64,000 nt of DNA, from NCBI GenBank assembly GCA_030146705.1, contig JASLBE010000062.1, positions 5,321 through 69,320 of the forward strand, written 5' to 3'. The stretch's first letter is position 1. Each line of letters starts with the position of its first letter. The translations under genes and the position numbers were made by a program. Of the stretch, positions 1 to 9,456 are shown in pieces. The notes under the pieces were generated by a model. It had not been told where the DNA came from. It did not search any database and saw nothing but the letters and a program-made list of their open reading frames with translations. The stretch is from Tissierellales bacterium. Lineage in GTDB: Bacteria > Bacillota > Clostridia > Tissierellales > Tissierellaceae.

Positions 1-287
1 GGCAAAAACAAAGGGTTGCAATAGCAAAAGCCCTTTGCCAAAGGCCAAAAATAATCCTGGCTGATGAGCCTGTTGCTAGCTTGGACATACAAACTTCTAA
101 ATTAATAATGAAGTACTTTCAAAGGGTAAATGAAAAGAAAAATATGACCATAGTAATAAACCTCCATGATGTAAACTTGGCTATGGAGTATTGTACTAGG
201 ATAGTGGCCCTCCACAAGGGGAGGATTATTTTTAATGGAAGTGCAGAGGAGGTAGACGATGAACTCCTTGAAAGAATATATTCATAA
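1..287 (+). CDS. phnC: Phosphonate ABC transporter ATP-binding protein PhnC, C-terminal fragment (5' end outside window)
   Basis: Frame 3 is open from the window edge: QRVAIAKALCQRPKIILADEPVASLD (Walker B region) and INLHD (H-loop). Stop at 285-287. A PhnE-type permease start overlaps its end. Confidence 0.8.
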   Translation, partial: QKQRVAIAKALCQRPKIILADEPVASLDIQTSKLIMKYFQRVNEKKNMTIVINLHDVNLAMEYCTRIVALHKGRIIFNGSAEEVDDELLERIYS

Positions 288-1836
288 GAAAAAATTAAAA
301 AACATAGGCCTGGGCCTGGTCCTATTAGTGGGCTTGGTCTTTCTAGGCTACAAGGTAGAATTTAACTTAGGCAGGATTCTTAAGGGCATACCAAATATGC
401 TGGACCTGGTTAAGAGGATGGTTAGGATAAACCCAGACTATATTGGAGAGGTTTCTGTAAAACTTATTGAAACCATAGAAATAGCAGTAATCGCCTCCCT
501 AATAGGAATTTTTATATCCATCCCCCTATCTATTTTTATAGCTAGGAATATAGCACCAAATAAGTTGGTTTGGAGGGGGTTAAACTTGATTTTTGCCCTA
601 CTTAGGACCATACCATCTTTAGTTTGGGCAGCAATTTTAGTGGCTGTCTTTAGTATAGGGAAGTTTTCTGGAATCTTGGCCCTTAGTATTACAGCCAGTT
701 TAGCCTCTTTAAAACTATTGAAGGACAATATAGAGGCCATACCACAAAATGTTTTAGACTCAACACTTGCAGTTGGGGCGAGCAAGCTACAAATATTAAA
801 ATACTGCGTGTTTCCAACTATTATTGAACAGTCCTTTGCTGTATTTTTTATGGTTTTGGAGATAAATATCCGTGGGGCAACAGTCTTGGGACTTGTTGGA
901 GCTGGTGGTATTGGACAAATAATGTGGAGGGATTTAAACCATTTAAGGTATGATAACCTGGCTACACTTATTTTAATCCTCCTAGTAACAATCCTAGTAA
1001 TAGACTTCTTAAGCCTAAGGGTCAGGCAGAGTTTTAGGCTTAAGTCTAGGGACTTTAAAGGCCTGGAAGATTTTAAAAACTATAAGAAAATAAAAAATAT
1101 AGGGTTTCTAGGCCTACTAGTAGTTTTAATATATGCAGCCTATAGGGCCATAGGGATAAATGGTGAAAGGTTGGCCTTGGGCTTAAGTCAAGGAAGGACC
1201 ATAGTTATTAGGATGACCAAGGTTGACTGGTCTTATACCAGTAAGTTAATAGTAGGCTTAAAGGAGAGTTTATATATAGCACTTTTTGCAACCTTTATAG
1301 GTAGCATAGGGGCCATTGTAATAACTTACTTTGCCTCCTATAACCTAGCTAATAACAAATATGTAACAGGTTTTTTTAAGGGCTTAATAAACCTACTTAG
1401 GACCTTTCCTTCAATAGTAACGGCCATAATATTCTTTAGGGGGGTGGGACCAGGCCCCCTAGCAGGAGTAATGGCCCTTAGTATTTATACAACTGGAGTC
1501 TTGACCAAGCTTTATAGTGAGGTAATAGAAAGTTTAAATCCTAATTTAATAAATAGTGTTAAGGTCACTGGGGCCAAGAATTTTGCTATTTATAAGTATG
1601 GGGTAATCCCAGAAACTCTACCAAACTTTATTTCCCTAGTCCTATATAGGCTAGAGTCTAATATGAGGACAAGTACAATACTTGGAATAATTGGAGCTGG
1701 TGGAGTGGGAACCTATTTGACTATGAATATTACCTGGAGAAACTGGGAAAGGGTAGGACTTTTAATCTTAGGTATAGCGGGAACAGTTGCAATAATTGAC
1801 CTAATAAGTAATGGAATAAGGAAAAGATATATATGA
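259..1836 (+). CDS. phnE: Phosphonate ABC transporter permease, fused double PhnE
   Basis: 525 aa polytopic membrane protein. Two tandem permease halves each carry an EAA-like loop (LAVGASKLQILKYCVFP; VKVTGAKNFAIYKYGVIP). AGAGGAGG RBS 5 nt upstream. Overlaps the phnC stop. Confidence 0.85.
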   Translation: MNSLKEYIHKKKLKNIGLGLVLLVGLVFLGYKVEFNLGRILKGIPNMLDLVKRMVRINPDYIGEVSVKLIETIEIAVIASLIGIFISIPLSIFIARNIAPNKLVWRGLNLIFALLRTIPSLVWAAILVAVFSIGKFSGILALSITASLASLKLLKDNIEAIPQNVLDSTLAVGASKLQILKYCVFPTIIEQSFAVFFMVLEINIRGATVLGLVGAGGIGQIMWRDLNHLRYDNLATLILILLVTILVIDFLSLRVRQSFRLKSRDFKGLEDFKNYKKIKNIGFLGLLVVLIYAAYRAIGINGERLALGLSQGRTIVIRMTKVDWSYTSKLIVGLKESLYIALFATFIGSIGAIVITYFASYNLANNKYVTGFFKGLINLLRTFPSIVTAIIFFRGVGPGPLAGVMALSIYTTGVLTKLYSEVIESLNPNLINSVKVTGAKNFAIYKYGVIPETLPNFISLVLYRLESNMRTSTILGIIGAGGVGTYLTMNITWRNWERVGLLILGIAGTVAIIDLISNGIRKRYI

Positions 1837-1845
1837 GATAAAAAT

Positions 1846-1869
1846 AAGGGGACGGGGTCCTTTTATTTT
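1846..1869 (+). terminator. Intrinsic terminator after phnE
   Basis: AAGGGGAC-GGG-GTCCTTTT hairpin followed by a TTTTATTTT tract, 10 nt after the phnE stop. Confidence 0.6.
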
Positions 1870-2151
1870 CCATTAATAAGTCAGAAAATTAAGAAAAATT
1901 AATAAAAAAGATATTTTCCAAGAACTAGCTTAGGCCATAAAGTAAATTAGGGTAAATAAGGGATTTAAGGGCTAGGTCTAGCCAGGGGAAATTGGAAGAA
2001 AATAGAAAATATATTTTTAGGCAAGTTCTTGAAGCTTGTAAGGCGGACCAGCCTGTGTTAATATTTATATTACCATTAAAAATATTACAACTAAACTTTA
2101 TTAATGCAACAAAGAAAAAACATAAATAATTATAAGGAAGCATTGGAAATA

Positions 2152-2195
2152 TGAAAAGAAAAGGTTGGGCTTAGCCCAACCTTTTTCCTGTTTTT
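2152..2195. terminator. Bidirectional terminator (serves the minus-strand 355-aa gene)
   Basis: Perfect GGTTGGGC-TTA-GCCCAACC hairpin (2163-2181), flanked by an A-rich run upstream and TTTTTCCTGTTTTT downstream. Confidence 0.75.
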
Positions 2196-2207
2196 AAATT
2201 TTTAAAT

Positions 2208-3275
2208 TTATTCGTACCTTCTAAACCTGCCATTTGCAGAGTAAGAAGCAAGGTCTATCCTACCATTGTCGCTTTCAACTTCTATTTCTATATCAGCTTT
2301 TTTATAGTCACTAGAATATTTAGAAGCATAAGATTGGATATCATCTAGGTAAGTTTCTAAGTCACTATCTTTTACCCTATCCCATTCATCTTCATACCTA
2401 TCATAGTCTACCTTAACAGTTATAGTATAATCATCTTTCCTATTTTCCTTAACATCAAACTTGATTTTTTTAACTGATTTAAGAGAATCATATCTTTTTT
2501 CTAGGTCTTTTTCTAGGTCCTTGTCTGAAGAACTACTAGATTCTTCATCAATTTCTATCCTCCTAGTACCATCTTTCCTAAAAGTATATAATTTTTCCCT
2601 AGCATCACTATCTCTAATATAACCCTTAACATCACAGTCTCTGTATTCTCTTTGAATATCATCAATCATTTTTTCTATAAATCTTTCAACATCCCTATCT
2701 CTTAGGTCATCCCAGGCATCCTTGTCCCTTCTACTTCCTAAGTCTACATTGATTTCTAGGTCAGCCCTCCTGCTGTCCCCCCTAAGGGAAATATCAAAAT
2801 CAATTTTTTCATAAGTTCCATAATCTTTCTTAAGGTCTCTTTCAATATCCCTCATAGACCTTTTAGAATTAGAATTATAGTCGCTGTCTTTTAACTTGGC
2901 CTTTAAAATTTCATTTTCAGCTTGCAAGTTAGATAGCTGTTGTTGTAAATATTCTAGGTTGCCAGCATTAGATGTTAAATAAGCAGTGTTACTAGCTTGG
3001 TCCCACCTAACATTTACACCCATTATGTCTGCTAATGCTCTAACTGGAACATAAGTACGACCAGTCTTGTTAGCCACAAAAGGCTTAGTACCATATTTAG
3101 TTTCAACCTGAGTAGTAACATCTTTTCCGTTATAATTAACCTTTACTCTCCCGTAGGTAACATCTATTTTTTCTGTATAAATTTTTGCAGCTGCAAAACT
3201 TACAGACCCTAAAACCATAATAGACGCCAAGGACGTTACAACTATTTTCTTAAGTCTTCCTTTGTTCTTAAACAT
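2208..3275 (-). CDS. Secreted protein: copper amine oxidase N-terminal-like domain, coiled coil and two highly charged internal repeats
   Basis: Signal peptide (IVVTSLASIMVLGSVSFAAA). RTYVPVRALADIMGVNVRWDQASNTAYL resembles the Cu_amine_oxidN1 stalk domain common in clostridial wall proteins. LEYLQQQLSNLQAENEILKAKL is a coiled coil. GGAGGG RBS. Confidence 0.6.
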   Translation of the reverse strand: MFKNKGRLKKIVVTSLASIMVLGSVSFAAAKIYTEKIDVTYGRVKVNYNGKDVTTQVETKYGTKPFVANKTGRTYVPVRALADIMGVNVRWDQASNTAYLTSNAGNLEYLQQQLSNLQAENEILKAKLKDSDYNSNSKRSMRDIERDLKKDYGTYEKIDFDISLRGDSRRADLEINVDLGSRRDKDAWDDLRDRDVERFIEKMIDDIQREYRDCDVKGYIRDSDAREKLYTFRKDGTRRIEIDEESSSSSDKDLEKDLEKRYDSLKSVKKIKFDVKENRKDDYTITVKVDYDRYEDEWDRVKDSDLETYLDDIQSYASKYSSDYKKADIEIEVESDNGRIDLASYSANGRFRRYE

Positions 3276-3424
3276 TAATATCCCTCCTGGTTATAATTAT
3301 AACATTTGAGGGGGCTAATATCTATAAATTAAGAAAAACTTAAGACTTCTGCAACCATATTGTAACCTAAATGAAAAATTAGTAAGATAAAATAACTTAT
3401 CCTACATATTAGTAGGGTGATAAA

Positions 3425-3946
3425 ATGAAGAAAATATGTTTAGACTATGGTCACGGAGGCTATGATCCAGGAGCAAGCTACAAGGGGAGGAAGGAGTCGG
3501 ATGACAATATTTTAGTTGGGAAAATCCTGGCCGATATCTTGAGAAAAAGTGGAGTAGAAGTTGTAGAAACCAGGTCAAAAGATACCTATGTTTCCTTAGA
3601 GGAAAGGGTTAGGATTGCCAACAAGGAAGGGGTAGACTGGTTTATATCTATCCATAGGAATGCCTTTATGCCAGAAAAGGCTAAAGGGGTAGAGGTCTAC
3701 ACCTATAAAAATCCTACGGCCAAGGCAAGGACCCTGGGGGGAAGGATAGAAAAGTCCTTGGTCAAGCTAGGCTTTAAAAGCAGAGGGGTTAAACTTGGAG
3801 ACTTTTATGTTTTGAGAAAAACTAAGGCCCCAGCTATTTTAATAGAGCTAGGATTTTTGGACAATAGCCAAGACAATGAACTTTTTGACAGGAAATTGTG
3901 TCAAATAGCAAGAAATATTTCCCAGGAAATATTAGCCATAGGCTAG
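3425..3946 (+). CDS. N-acetylmuramoyl-L-alanine amidase (Amidase_3 / CwlD-like catalytic domain only)
   Basis: LDYGHGGYDPGA, WFISIHRNAF and ILIELGFLDN match the Zn-amidase type-3 signature. Only 173 aa, with no signal peptide or wall-binding domain visible. Confidence 0.85.
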   Translation: MKKICLDYGHGGYDPGASYKGRKESDDNILVGKILADILRKSGVEVVETRSKDTYVSLEERVRIANKEGVDWFISIHRNAFMPEKAKGVEVYTYKNPTAKARTLGGRIEKSLVKLGFKSRGVKLGDFYVLRKTKAPAILIELGFLDNSQDNELFDRKLCQIARNISQEILAIG

Positions 3947-3994
3947 TGAAAACTAGCTAAAGTTTGTTATAATAGGTTAGAGAGGAGGGATAGT

Positions 3995-4447
3995 GTGAAA
4001 CTTAAAAAAAGAGGCCTGGTAGTAGGATCCCTAGTGTTGGCATCAATATTACTACTGACTGCTTGTACTAGCAAGGGTAAACCAGAAGAAACTAATAAGG
4101 AAGAAATAACAGAAGAAGTATCAGACAAGGAAAAAGAAGATGGTACAAGGATTGATACAGTAGTTTTAGTTGAAAACATAATTGGGGAAAACTTTGAAAA
4201 TGTAAGGCTTAAAAATTATAAGATTGATGGTAGGATGGATAATCCAGAGGAACTTTATATTGCAGACTTAGAACTTTACCTAGATGTTGAAGATAAGGAA
4301 GAGGCTGAAAGGCTTATATCTGAGTATAGTGAAGTTTTATTTGAAAAGCTATATGAAAAGAAAAAGTATGAAGAAGTTGTTCTAATTTGGACAAGTCCTA
4401 ACCATAAAGAAGGCGAAGAAATAGAAAAAATAGATTATAAGGGTTAG
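3995..4447 (+). CDS. Acidic lipoprotein (paralog 1)
   Basis: GTG start with GAGGAGGG RBS. Lipobox LLTAC. Glu/Lys-rich mature part similar to the next ORF. Confidence 0.6.
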   Translation: MKLKKRGLVVGSLVLASILLLTACTSKGKPEETNKEEITEEVSDKEKEDGTRIDTVVLVENIIGENFENVRLKNYKIDGRMDNPEELYIADLELYLDVEDKEEAERLISEYSEVLFEKLYEKKKYEEVVLIWTSPNHKEGEEIEKIDYKG

Positions 4448-4506
4448 GTAAAAGCAAGGGGGACCTTGCTTTTATATTTAGGATAGAACTTGGATAAGGA
4501 GGAAGT

Positions 4507-4968
4507 ATGGGAAGAAAATTTAGGTTTATAGGTCTTTTACTTGTGCTTAGCCTAGGCTTATTGGCTTGTGAAACTAAGATGGAGCCTGAAGAAAGCCATG
4601 ATTTTATTAAGGAGATTGAAGAGGAAAAAAGTGATGGTGAGAAAAACCTAGTTAGGAACAAGGAGATTGAAGAGGAATTGGAAGGGATTTTTCAAGCTAT
4701 GCTGGAAGAAAAAGACTACAAAAATTATAGCCTAGTTACAACTGAGGTTTGGGTTTATAAGGACCAAAGGTCTAAGATATATGATGGAAGGATTGAAATG
4801 GACCTTAAGGAGGAAGATAAGGATAAGGCCGAGGAGGTTTTTAAGTCTACTAGTGAATATATTAAGGAAGCCTTGGCTAAAAAATATGATTATGAGAGAT
4901 TGGAACTAAATTGGGAAAATGAAAATTATAGGGAAAAGGACAAAAAAGAAGTAATAATTTATAAATAA
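4507..4968 (+). CDS. Acidic lipoprotein (paralog 2)
   Basis: AAGGAGG RBS. Lipobox GLLAC. The C-terminal half aligns by eye with the preceding ORF (DGRxxMDL..EDK..AEE....SEY...L..KY.YE...L.W). Confidence 0.6.
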   Translation: MGRKFRFIGLLLVLSLGLLACETKMEPEESHDFIKEIEEEKSDGEKNLVRNKEIEEELEGIFQAMLEEKDYKNYSLVTTEVWVYKDQRSKIYDGRIEMDLKEEDKDKAEEVFKSTSEYIKEALAKKYDYERLELNWENENYREKDKKEVIIYK

Positions 4969-5088
4969 AACCAGCTACTGTTTACAAAGTAGCTGGTTTT
5001 TTCTATTTATGGTCTATCTAAACTGGGAGAAAAGTCCGATATATAGTCTGTATGGGAAATAAATATAATAAGAGAAGGGAGAAGAGAA

Positions 5089-7086
5089 ATGAAACTAAGG
5101 AGTAAAATTTTAATTTCCATGACGACTATGGCATTAGTAATTACTTTTATATTATTTTTTATAAACTATTCTTACTCTATAAAGAGTTATGAAAGGGAGC
5201 TAAACACAAGAATTCAATCTAGGGCAGACAACCTATCAGAAAGTTTAAACAAGTGGACTAATGTTCATATGGAGCAAGTGGAGCAAATTATATTCGATAT
5301 AGTTTACTATGATAATTATGAGGGAGACAAGGGAAGGGATTATTTAAAAGAGGTAGTAAAGGAAGATGATGATATTTTGGACTACTATCTTCAAATTGAA
5401 AATAAACCTTTTTTAAGCAAGAATAAAGAAATGGCCAAGCTAGACTTTACTAGTAGGGACTGGTATGTAAAGGCCAAGGACCAAGAGGGTTTTTATATAT
5501 CTAAACCCTACATAGATAAGGAGTTTAATACTATGGTGGTTACCTTTTCTAAGTCTTTTGAAACAAAGGCTGGGGAGAAGGGGGTTTTTGGTGCTGATGT
5601 TTTGGCTGACGACCTTTTAAAAATAGTTGAAAACTTTAAACTTAGAGAAGAGTCTAGGAACTTCTTAATTGATGATAAGGGGGATATTTTAACCCACTCA
5701 AGAGATGACTTGAAGCCTGAGGGTGAGGTTTTTAAAAATCTTGGAGTAATTTATGGGGAAAATATTCAAAAATTAGTAGACAAGCATAACCTATCCCTAA
5801 GGGAAAGAAAGATAAAGTCTGTTGATGGAAGTGAAAGATACTATTATTTTTCAGATATTAAGGGGACTGGTTGGACTTTAGGGCTGGCTATAAATGCCAA
5901 GAATATGGCCAGGAACTTAAACAAGGTAATAATGATAACCTTTACATCAGTTATGCTTATTATAGCTTTGGTTATAGTCTTGTCTTTAAAAATATCATCA
6001 ACTATTACTAGCCCAATTTTAGAATCCGTAGATATATTAGAGAAAATAGGGAACCTAGACTTAAGGGTAGATGTTTCCCAAGAAAATTTGGCTAGAAAAG
6101 ATGAAATAGGACAAATGGCTAAGTCTTTTGACCAGATAATTGATAATTTAAAATTATTTATGGAAAAACTAAAATTAGCCATTGAAAAAAATGACTTGAT
6201 CTACAAGTCCACCCTGGAGAACCTAAGGTCTTTAAATCTTCAAGGGGAAGACATATCAGCAACAACAGAAGAACTTTCAGCAGGAATGGAGGAAACTTCA
6301 GCAACAACCCAATCTATATCCAACTCTGTAAATAATATATATGATTCAATGAAGGATTTTAACGGCATAATAGAAGAATTATTTAATATGGCTGTTGGAA
6401 TTAGGGATAATGCTGAAAAATCAAATGAAGATTTTGTAATGGCTAGGAATACAACCTTGGAGAAGTATACCTATACCCGTGAAAATCTACAAAAGGCAAT
6501 AATATCTGCCAATAAGGTCAATGAAATAAATGTATTAACAGATACAATCACCTCCATAGCAGACCAGACAACCCTTTTGTCTTTAAATGCTGCAATAGAA
6601 GCTGCAAGGGCAGGGGAAAATGGCAAGGGCTTTGCTGTAGTTGCTAGGGAAATTAGGATTTTGGCAGAGGATTCTAATAAGGCAGCTGACCAAATCCAAG
6701 GAATTACAAGGGTTATGGCATCGGCTATTGCCAACTTAATTGAAGATACTAAGGAACTTATTAAGATAATGGAAGAAAATGTTATAAAGGACTATGATAG
6801 GGCTGTGAAGGATAGTATAAATTCTAGGAAAAATAGTATAGCCATAGATAGTTCTGTTAGGGAAATATCCAGTAAGTCAGAAGCTATAAAAGAAAATATA
6901 TATGAGATAAACACAGCTATAGAAGAAATTATTAGCACAATAGAGGAGTCAACCAAGGCAACAGTTGGAATTGCAGAGAAAAATATGGAAGCAGTTTCCT
7001 CTATGCACAATATAAATGACCAGATGGAATCTAGCAAGGCAATATCTGAGGACTTATCAGACCTTGTGGACAAGGTAAAGCTATAG
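5089..7086 (+). CDS. Methyl-accepting chemotaxis protein with extracellular Cache-like sensor and HAMP domain
   Basis: Two TM segments bracket a ~260-aa sensor domain. Conserved signalling hairpin [37 protein letters not shown]. Confidence 0.9.
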   Translation: MKLRSKILISMTTMALVITFILFFINYSYSIKSYERELNTRIQSRADNLSESLNKWTNVHMEQVEQIIFDIVYYDNYEGDKGRDYLKEVVKEDDDILDYYLQIENKPFLSKNKEMAKLDFTSRDWYVKAKDQEGFYISKPYIDKEFNTMVVTFSKSFETKAGEKGVFGADVLADDLLKIVENFKLREESRNFLIDDKGDILTHSRDDLKPEGEVFKNLGVIYGENIQKLVDKHNLSLRERKIKSVDGSERYYYFSDIKGTGWTLGLAINAKNMARNLNKVIMITFTSVMLIIALVIVLSLKISSTITSPILESVDILEKIGNLDLRVDVSQENLARKDEIGQMAKSFDQIIDNLKLFMEKLKLAIEKNDLIYKSTLENLRSLNLQGEDISATTEELSAGMEETSATTQSISNSVNNIYDSMKDFNGIIEELFNMAVGIRDNAEKSNEDFVMARNTTLEKYTYTRENLQKAIISANKVNEINVLTDTITSIADQTTLLSLNAAIEAARAGENGKGFAVVAREIRILAEDSNKAADQIQGITRVMASAIANLIEDTKELIKIMEENVIKDYDRAVKDSINSRKNSIAIDSSVREISSKSEAIKENIYEINTAIEEIISTIEESTKATVGIAEKNMEAVSSMHNINDQMESSKAISEDLSDLVDKVKL

Positions 7087-7110
7087 GCTAGTTTCATATT
7101 AATACTCAAT

Positions 7111-7156
7111 AAAAAGAGCTGTAAACCTAGGGTTTACTGGCTCTTTTTATTTTTTT
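7111..7156. terminator. Bidirectional terminator between the MCP and the AbrB-like gene
   Basis: AAAAAGAGCTGTAAACC-TAG-GGTTTACTGGCTCTTTTT hairpin with A-run and T-run flanks. It overlaps the last codons of the minus-strand ORF. Confidence 0.75.
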
Positions 7157-7375
7157 ATATTCATTTAAAAGCTCTTCACCTTGAAAGCCCTTCTCCCTTA
7201 GGGAGTCTAAAAGATTTTTAGATTCAGGCTTTAAGCCATCATAAAATGGCCTTATTATAAGTTGACCATCTTCCAGGCAACATATAAGCTGGTCTTTAAT
7301 TCCAAGTTCCAGCAAATACTCACCAGGTATCTTGATTTTCCCACCAGGTAAAAGCTCCAAATGTTCGCATTTCAT
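7127..7375 (-). CDS. AbrB/SpoVT-like looped-hinge DNA-binding domain protein (orphan, antitoxin-like)
   Basis: LLPGGKIKIPGEYLLELGIKDQLICCLEDGQLIIRPF resembles the SpoVT-AbrB swapped-hairpin motif. No partner toxin ORF adjacent. Confidence 0.45.
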   Translation of the reverse strand: MKCEHLELLPGGKIKIPGEYLLELGIKDQLICCLEDGQLIIRPFYDGLKPESKNLLDSLREKGFQGEELLNEYKKIKRASKP

Positions 7376-7544
7376 CCTACCACCTCCAGGCTATTTTAAA
7401 TACTATACCCTAAAATAAGAAAAAATCTGGTACCTAAAACTTTAGGTAAACTGATAATTGTAAAAGTATCAACAATAGGCTATTATTTTATATATAGGCC
7501 TAGTACATAATCCAGTTAAATAAATAATTAATAAGGGGGATACT

Positions 7545-8417
7545 ATGAAAAAAAGAAATTTATTAATCTTAATGCTTTGTTTTGTAATGGTATTTACAGT
7601 AGCCTGTGGAAAGAAGGAAGAGGAAAAAACCTTGAAAATGGGTTTTGTTCCCCTAGTAGATGGGGACAAGCTAATAGATAATATCCAACCATTGGCAGAT
7701 ATTTTAACGGAAGAAATGGGGGTTAAGGTAGAAGCCTTTACAGCAACAAACTATGTTGGAGTAGTTGAAGGTTTAGGTTCAGGTAGTGTTGACTTTGGTA
7801 TTATACCACCCTTTGCCTGTGTTCTTGCCAATAATGAATCAGGGGCAGAAGTTTTACTAACATCTATTAATAAGGATGGAGAGCCAGGCTATTATTCAGA
7901 AGTTCTAGTTAGGAAGGATAGTGGCATAAATAGTATAGAAGACCTAAAGGGTAAAAAAATAGCCTTTGTGGATCCTTCTTCAACATCAGGCTATATATTT
8001 CCAGGAGCCTACTTAAAAGACCATGGCATAGACCTTGAAAAGGATATTGAATATGTTTACAGTGGTGGCCATGATAAGTCCTTGCAGCTAATCCTAAATA
8101 AGGATGTTGATGCTATAGCAACTTTTGAAGCTGTAGGACTAAGGTACCAAGATGAGTTTCCAACAGCAGAAGAAGACCTAAAATCCTTGTTTAAAAGTGA
8201 AATGATACCAGGCATATCAGTAACTGTTTCATCTTCTATGGATGAGGCAACAAAAAATAAATTAGGTGATGTCTTAGAACACATTTCTGAGAATGAGGAT
8301 GCTATAAAAATCTTTGAAGACCACTTTGGATTATATGGTTTTCAAAAGGCAAATATTGATGACTATGACAAGGTTAGGAAGGTTTCAGAACTTATGGATG
8401 TAGACCTGTCTAAATAA
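7545..8417 (+). CDS. phnD: Phosphonate/phosphite ABC transporter substrate-binding lipoprotein PhnD
   Basis: Lipobox FTVAC. LKMGFVP, DFGIIPPF and VDPSSTSGYIFP are typical PhnD-family motifs. Confidence 0.85.
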   Translation: MKKRNLLILMLCFVMVFTVACGKKEEEKTLKMGFVPLVDGDKLIDNIQPLADILTEEMGVKVEAFTATNYVGVVEGLGSGSVDFGIIPPFACVLANNESGAEVLLTSINKDGEPGYYSEVLVRKDSGINSIEDLKGKKIAFVDPSSTSGYIFPGAYLKDHGIDLEKDIEYVYSGGHDKSLQLILNKDVDAIATFEAVGLRYQDEFPTAEEDLKSLFKSEMIPGISVTVSSSMDEATKNKLGDVLEHISENEDAIKIFEDHFGLYGFQKANIDDYDKVRKVSELMDVDLSK

Positions 8418-8446
8418 AATTTAAGGAAGGGAAAAAGCCAGTTTAA

Positions 8447-8725
8447 TTACTGGCTTTTTTCTTTGGGATTTTCTAGCCCCAAGCCATAGTCTGTATTTAG
8501 CTTTGGCATTTTTTCAACATTTTTAAAAAATAGGTTTTTAACCAGGACTAAAAATCCAAGGGCAATTACAAGTACAAGTAAAAACTTAGGACTTAGCATA
8601 TTATTATTACTAGGCTCTACATTGGGAAGCTGGGCTTCCTTAGGCCTATCCTCTAAAAGACAGCCACACTTAGGGCAGGTGTCTAAATTATTTTTAATTT
8701 CCTCTTCACACCTAGGACAAATCAT
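8447..8725 (-). CDS. Zinc-ribbon membrane protein
   Basis: N-terminal CPRC...CPKCG zinc ribbon, a linker, then one TM helix (FLLVLVIALGFLVLV). Divergent from the sigma factor gene. Confidence 0.55.
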   Translation of the reverse strand: MICPRCEEEIKNNLDTCPKCGCLLEDRPKEAQLPNVEPSNNNMLSPKFLLVLVIALGFLVLVKNLFFKNVEKMPKLNTDYGLGLENPKEKSQ

Positions 8726-8852
8726 TAAATCACCTCTCTTGCTAAGGTTAATTATATAATAAAAAAATAAAATAATTAAGCCATACTTTTAGGAAGTAGG
8801 GCTTTTTCTAATCTCTAGAAACTCCCTATACTAGGTCCAAGGAGGTAGTTAT

Positions 8853-9410
8853 ATGGAAGACTTAGTTAGAAGGGCAAAAGAAAATGACCCAGGGGCTAAA
8901 TTAGAAATTATTGAAAGATTAAAACCCTTAACCTATAAATACATTAGGAGGTATAGGAATTTCAATGAAGGATTGGAGGATATCTACCAAGATGGGGTCT
9001 TGGAAATTCTACAGGCCATAGAGGACTATGATCCTAAGAAGGGGGCTAAGTTTTTAGGCTATATTAAGCTAAGGTTAAGATATTTTTACCTAGATAGGTT
9101 AAAATACACAATAAAAAGGGAGGAAGAAAGTTTAAATACTAGTTTTCAAGATACGGGCTTAGAAAGGCTGGACCTTATAGTTGACCCTAGTGTAGATATA
9201 GAAGGAAGGCTTGTAAGGATGGATGAAAACTTAGAACTATATAGGGCCTATGAAAAACTAAGTAGGAGGGAGAAAGAAGTAGTTGACTACTATTATATTA
9301 AAGGTTTATCTATGGTTGAAATAAGTAAAAGGTTGGATCTTGCCTATAGGACTGTTGTAAATAATAAGGCAAATGCCCTAAAAAGGCTTAGAAAAAACCT
9401 AGAGAAATAG
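8853..9410 (+). CDS. Small sigma-70 family RNA polymerase sigma factor (regions 2 and 4 only; ECF- or TcdR-like)
   Basis: Region 2-like EDIYQDGVLEILQAIEDYDPKKGAKFLGYIKLRL and region 4 HTH LSRREKEVVDYYYIKGLSMVEISKRLDLAYRTVVNNKANALKRLR. AAGGAGG RBS. Confidence 0.8.
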   Translation: MEDLVRRAKENDPGAKLEIIERLKPLTYKYIRRYRNFNEGLEDIYQDGVLEILQAIEDYDPKKGAKFLGYIKLRLRYFYLDRLKYTIKREEESLNTSFQDTGLERLDLIVDPSVDIEGRLVRMDENLELYRAYEKLSRREKEVVDYYYIKGLSMVEISKRLDLAYRTVVNNKANALKRLRKNLEK

Positions 9411-9456
9411 TTTAAATACCGTTATAATATAAGTTAGTACAAATAGGAGGGACAAA

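Noticed and set aside
1925-2143. 72-aa minus-strand ORF in the 370-bp gap between phnE and the secreted repeat protein. The gap also has an 8-bp long-range pairing (CAAGAACT at 1919-1926 with AGTTCTTG at 2024-2031) that hinted at a structured RNA.
   Set aside because: The ORF has no RBS and an implausible Phe/Leu/Asn/Cys-rich sequence. I could not match the region to any riboswitch or RNA family, and single 8-bp complementarities are expected by chance in AT-rich DNA.
2132-2155. Seven-codon ORF (MKRKGWA) with an AAGGAAG RBS that ends inside the 2163-2181 terminator stem.
   Set aside because: It is too short, I see no promoter, and the RBS-like purine run is common in this AT/purine-rich spacer.
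4038-4053. TGGCATCAATATTACT, a partial sigma-54 -24-like motif.
   Set aside because: It lies inside the lipoprotein coding sequence and lacks the -12 GC dinucleotide at the required spacing.
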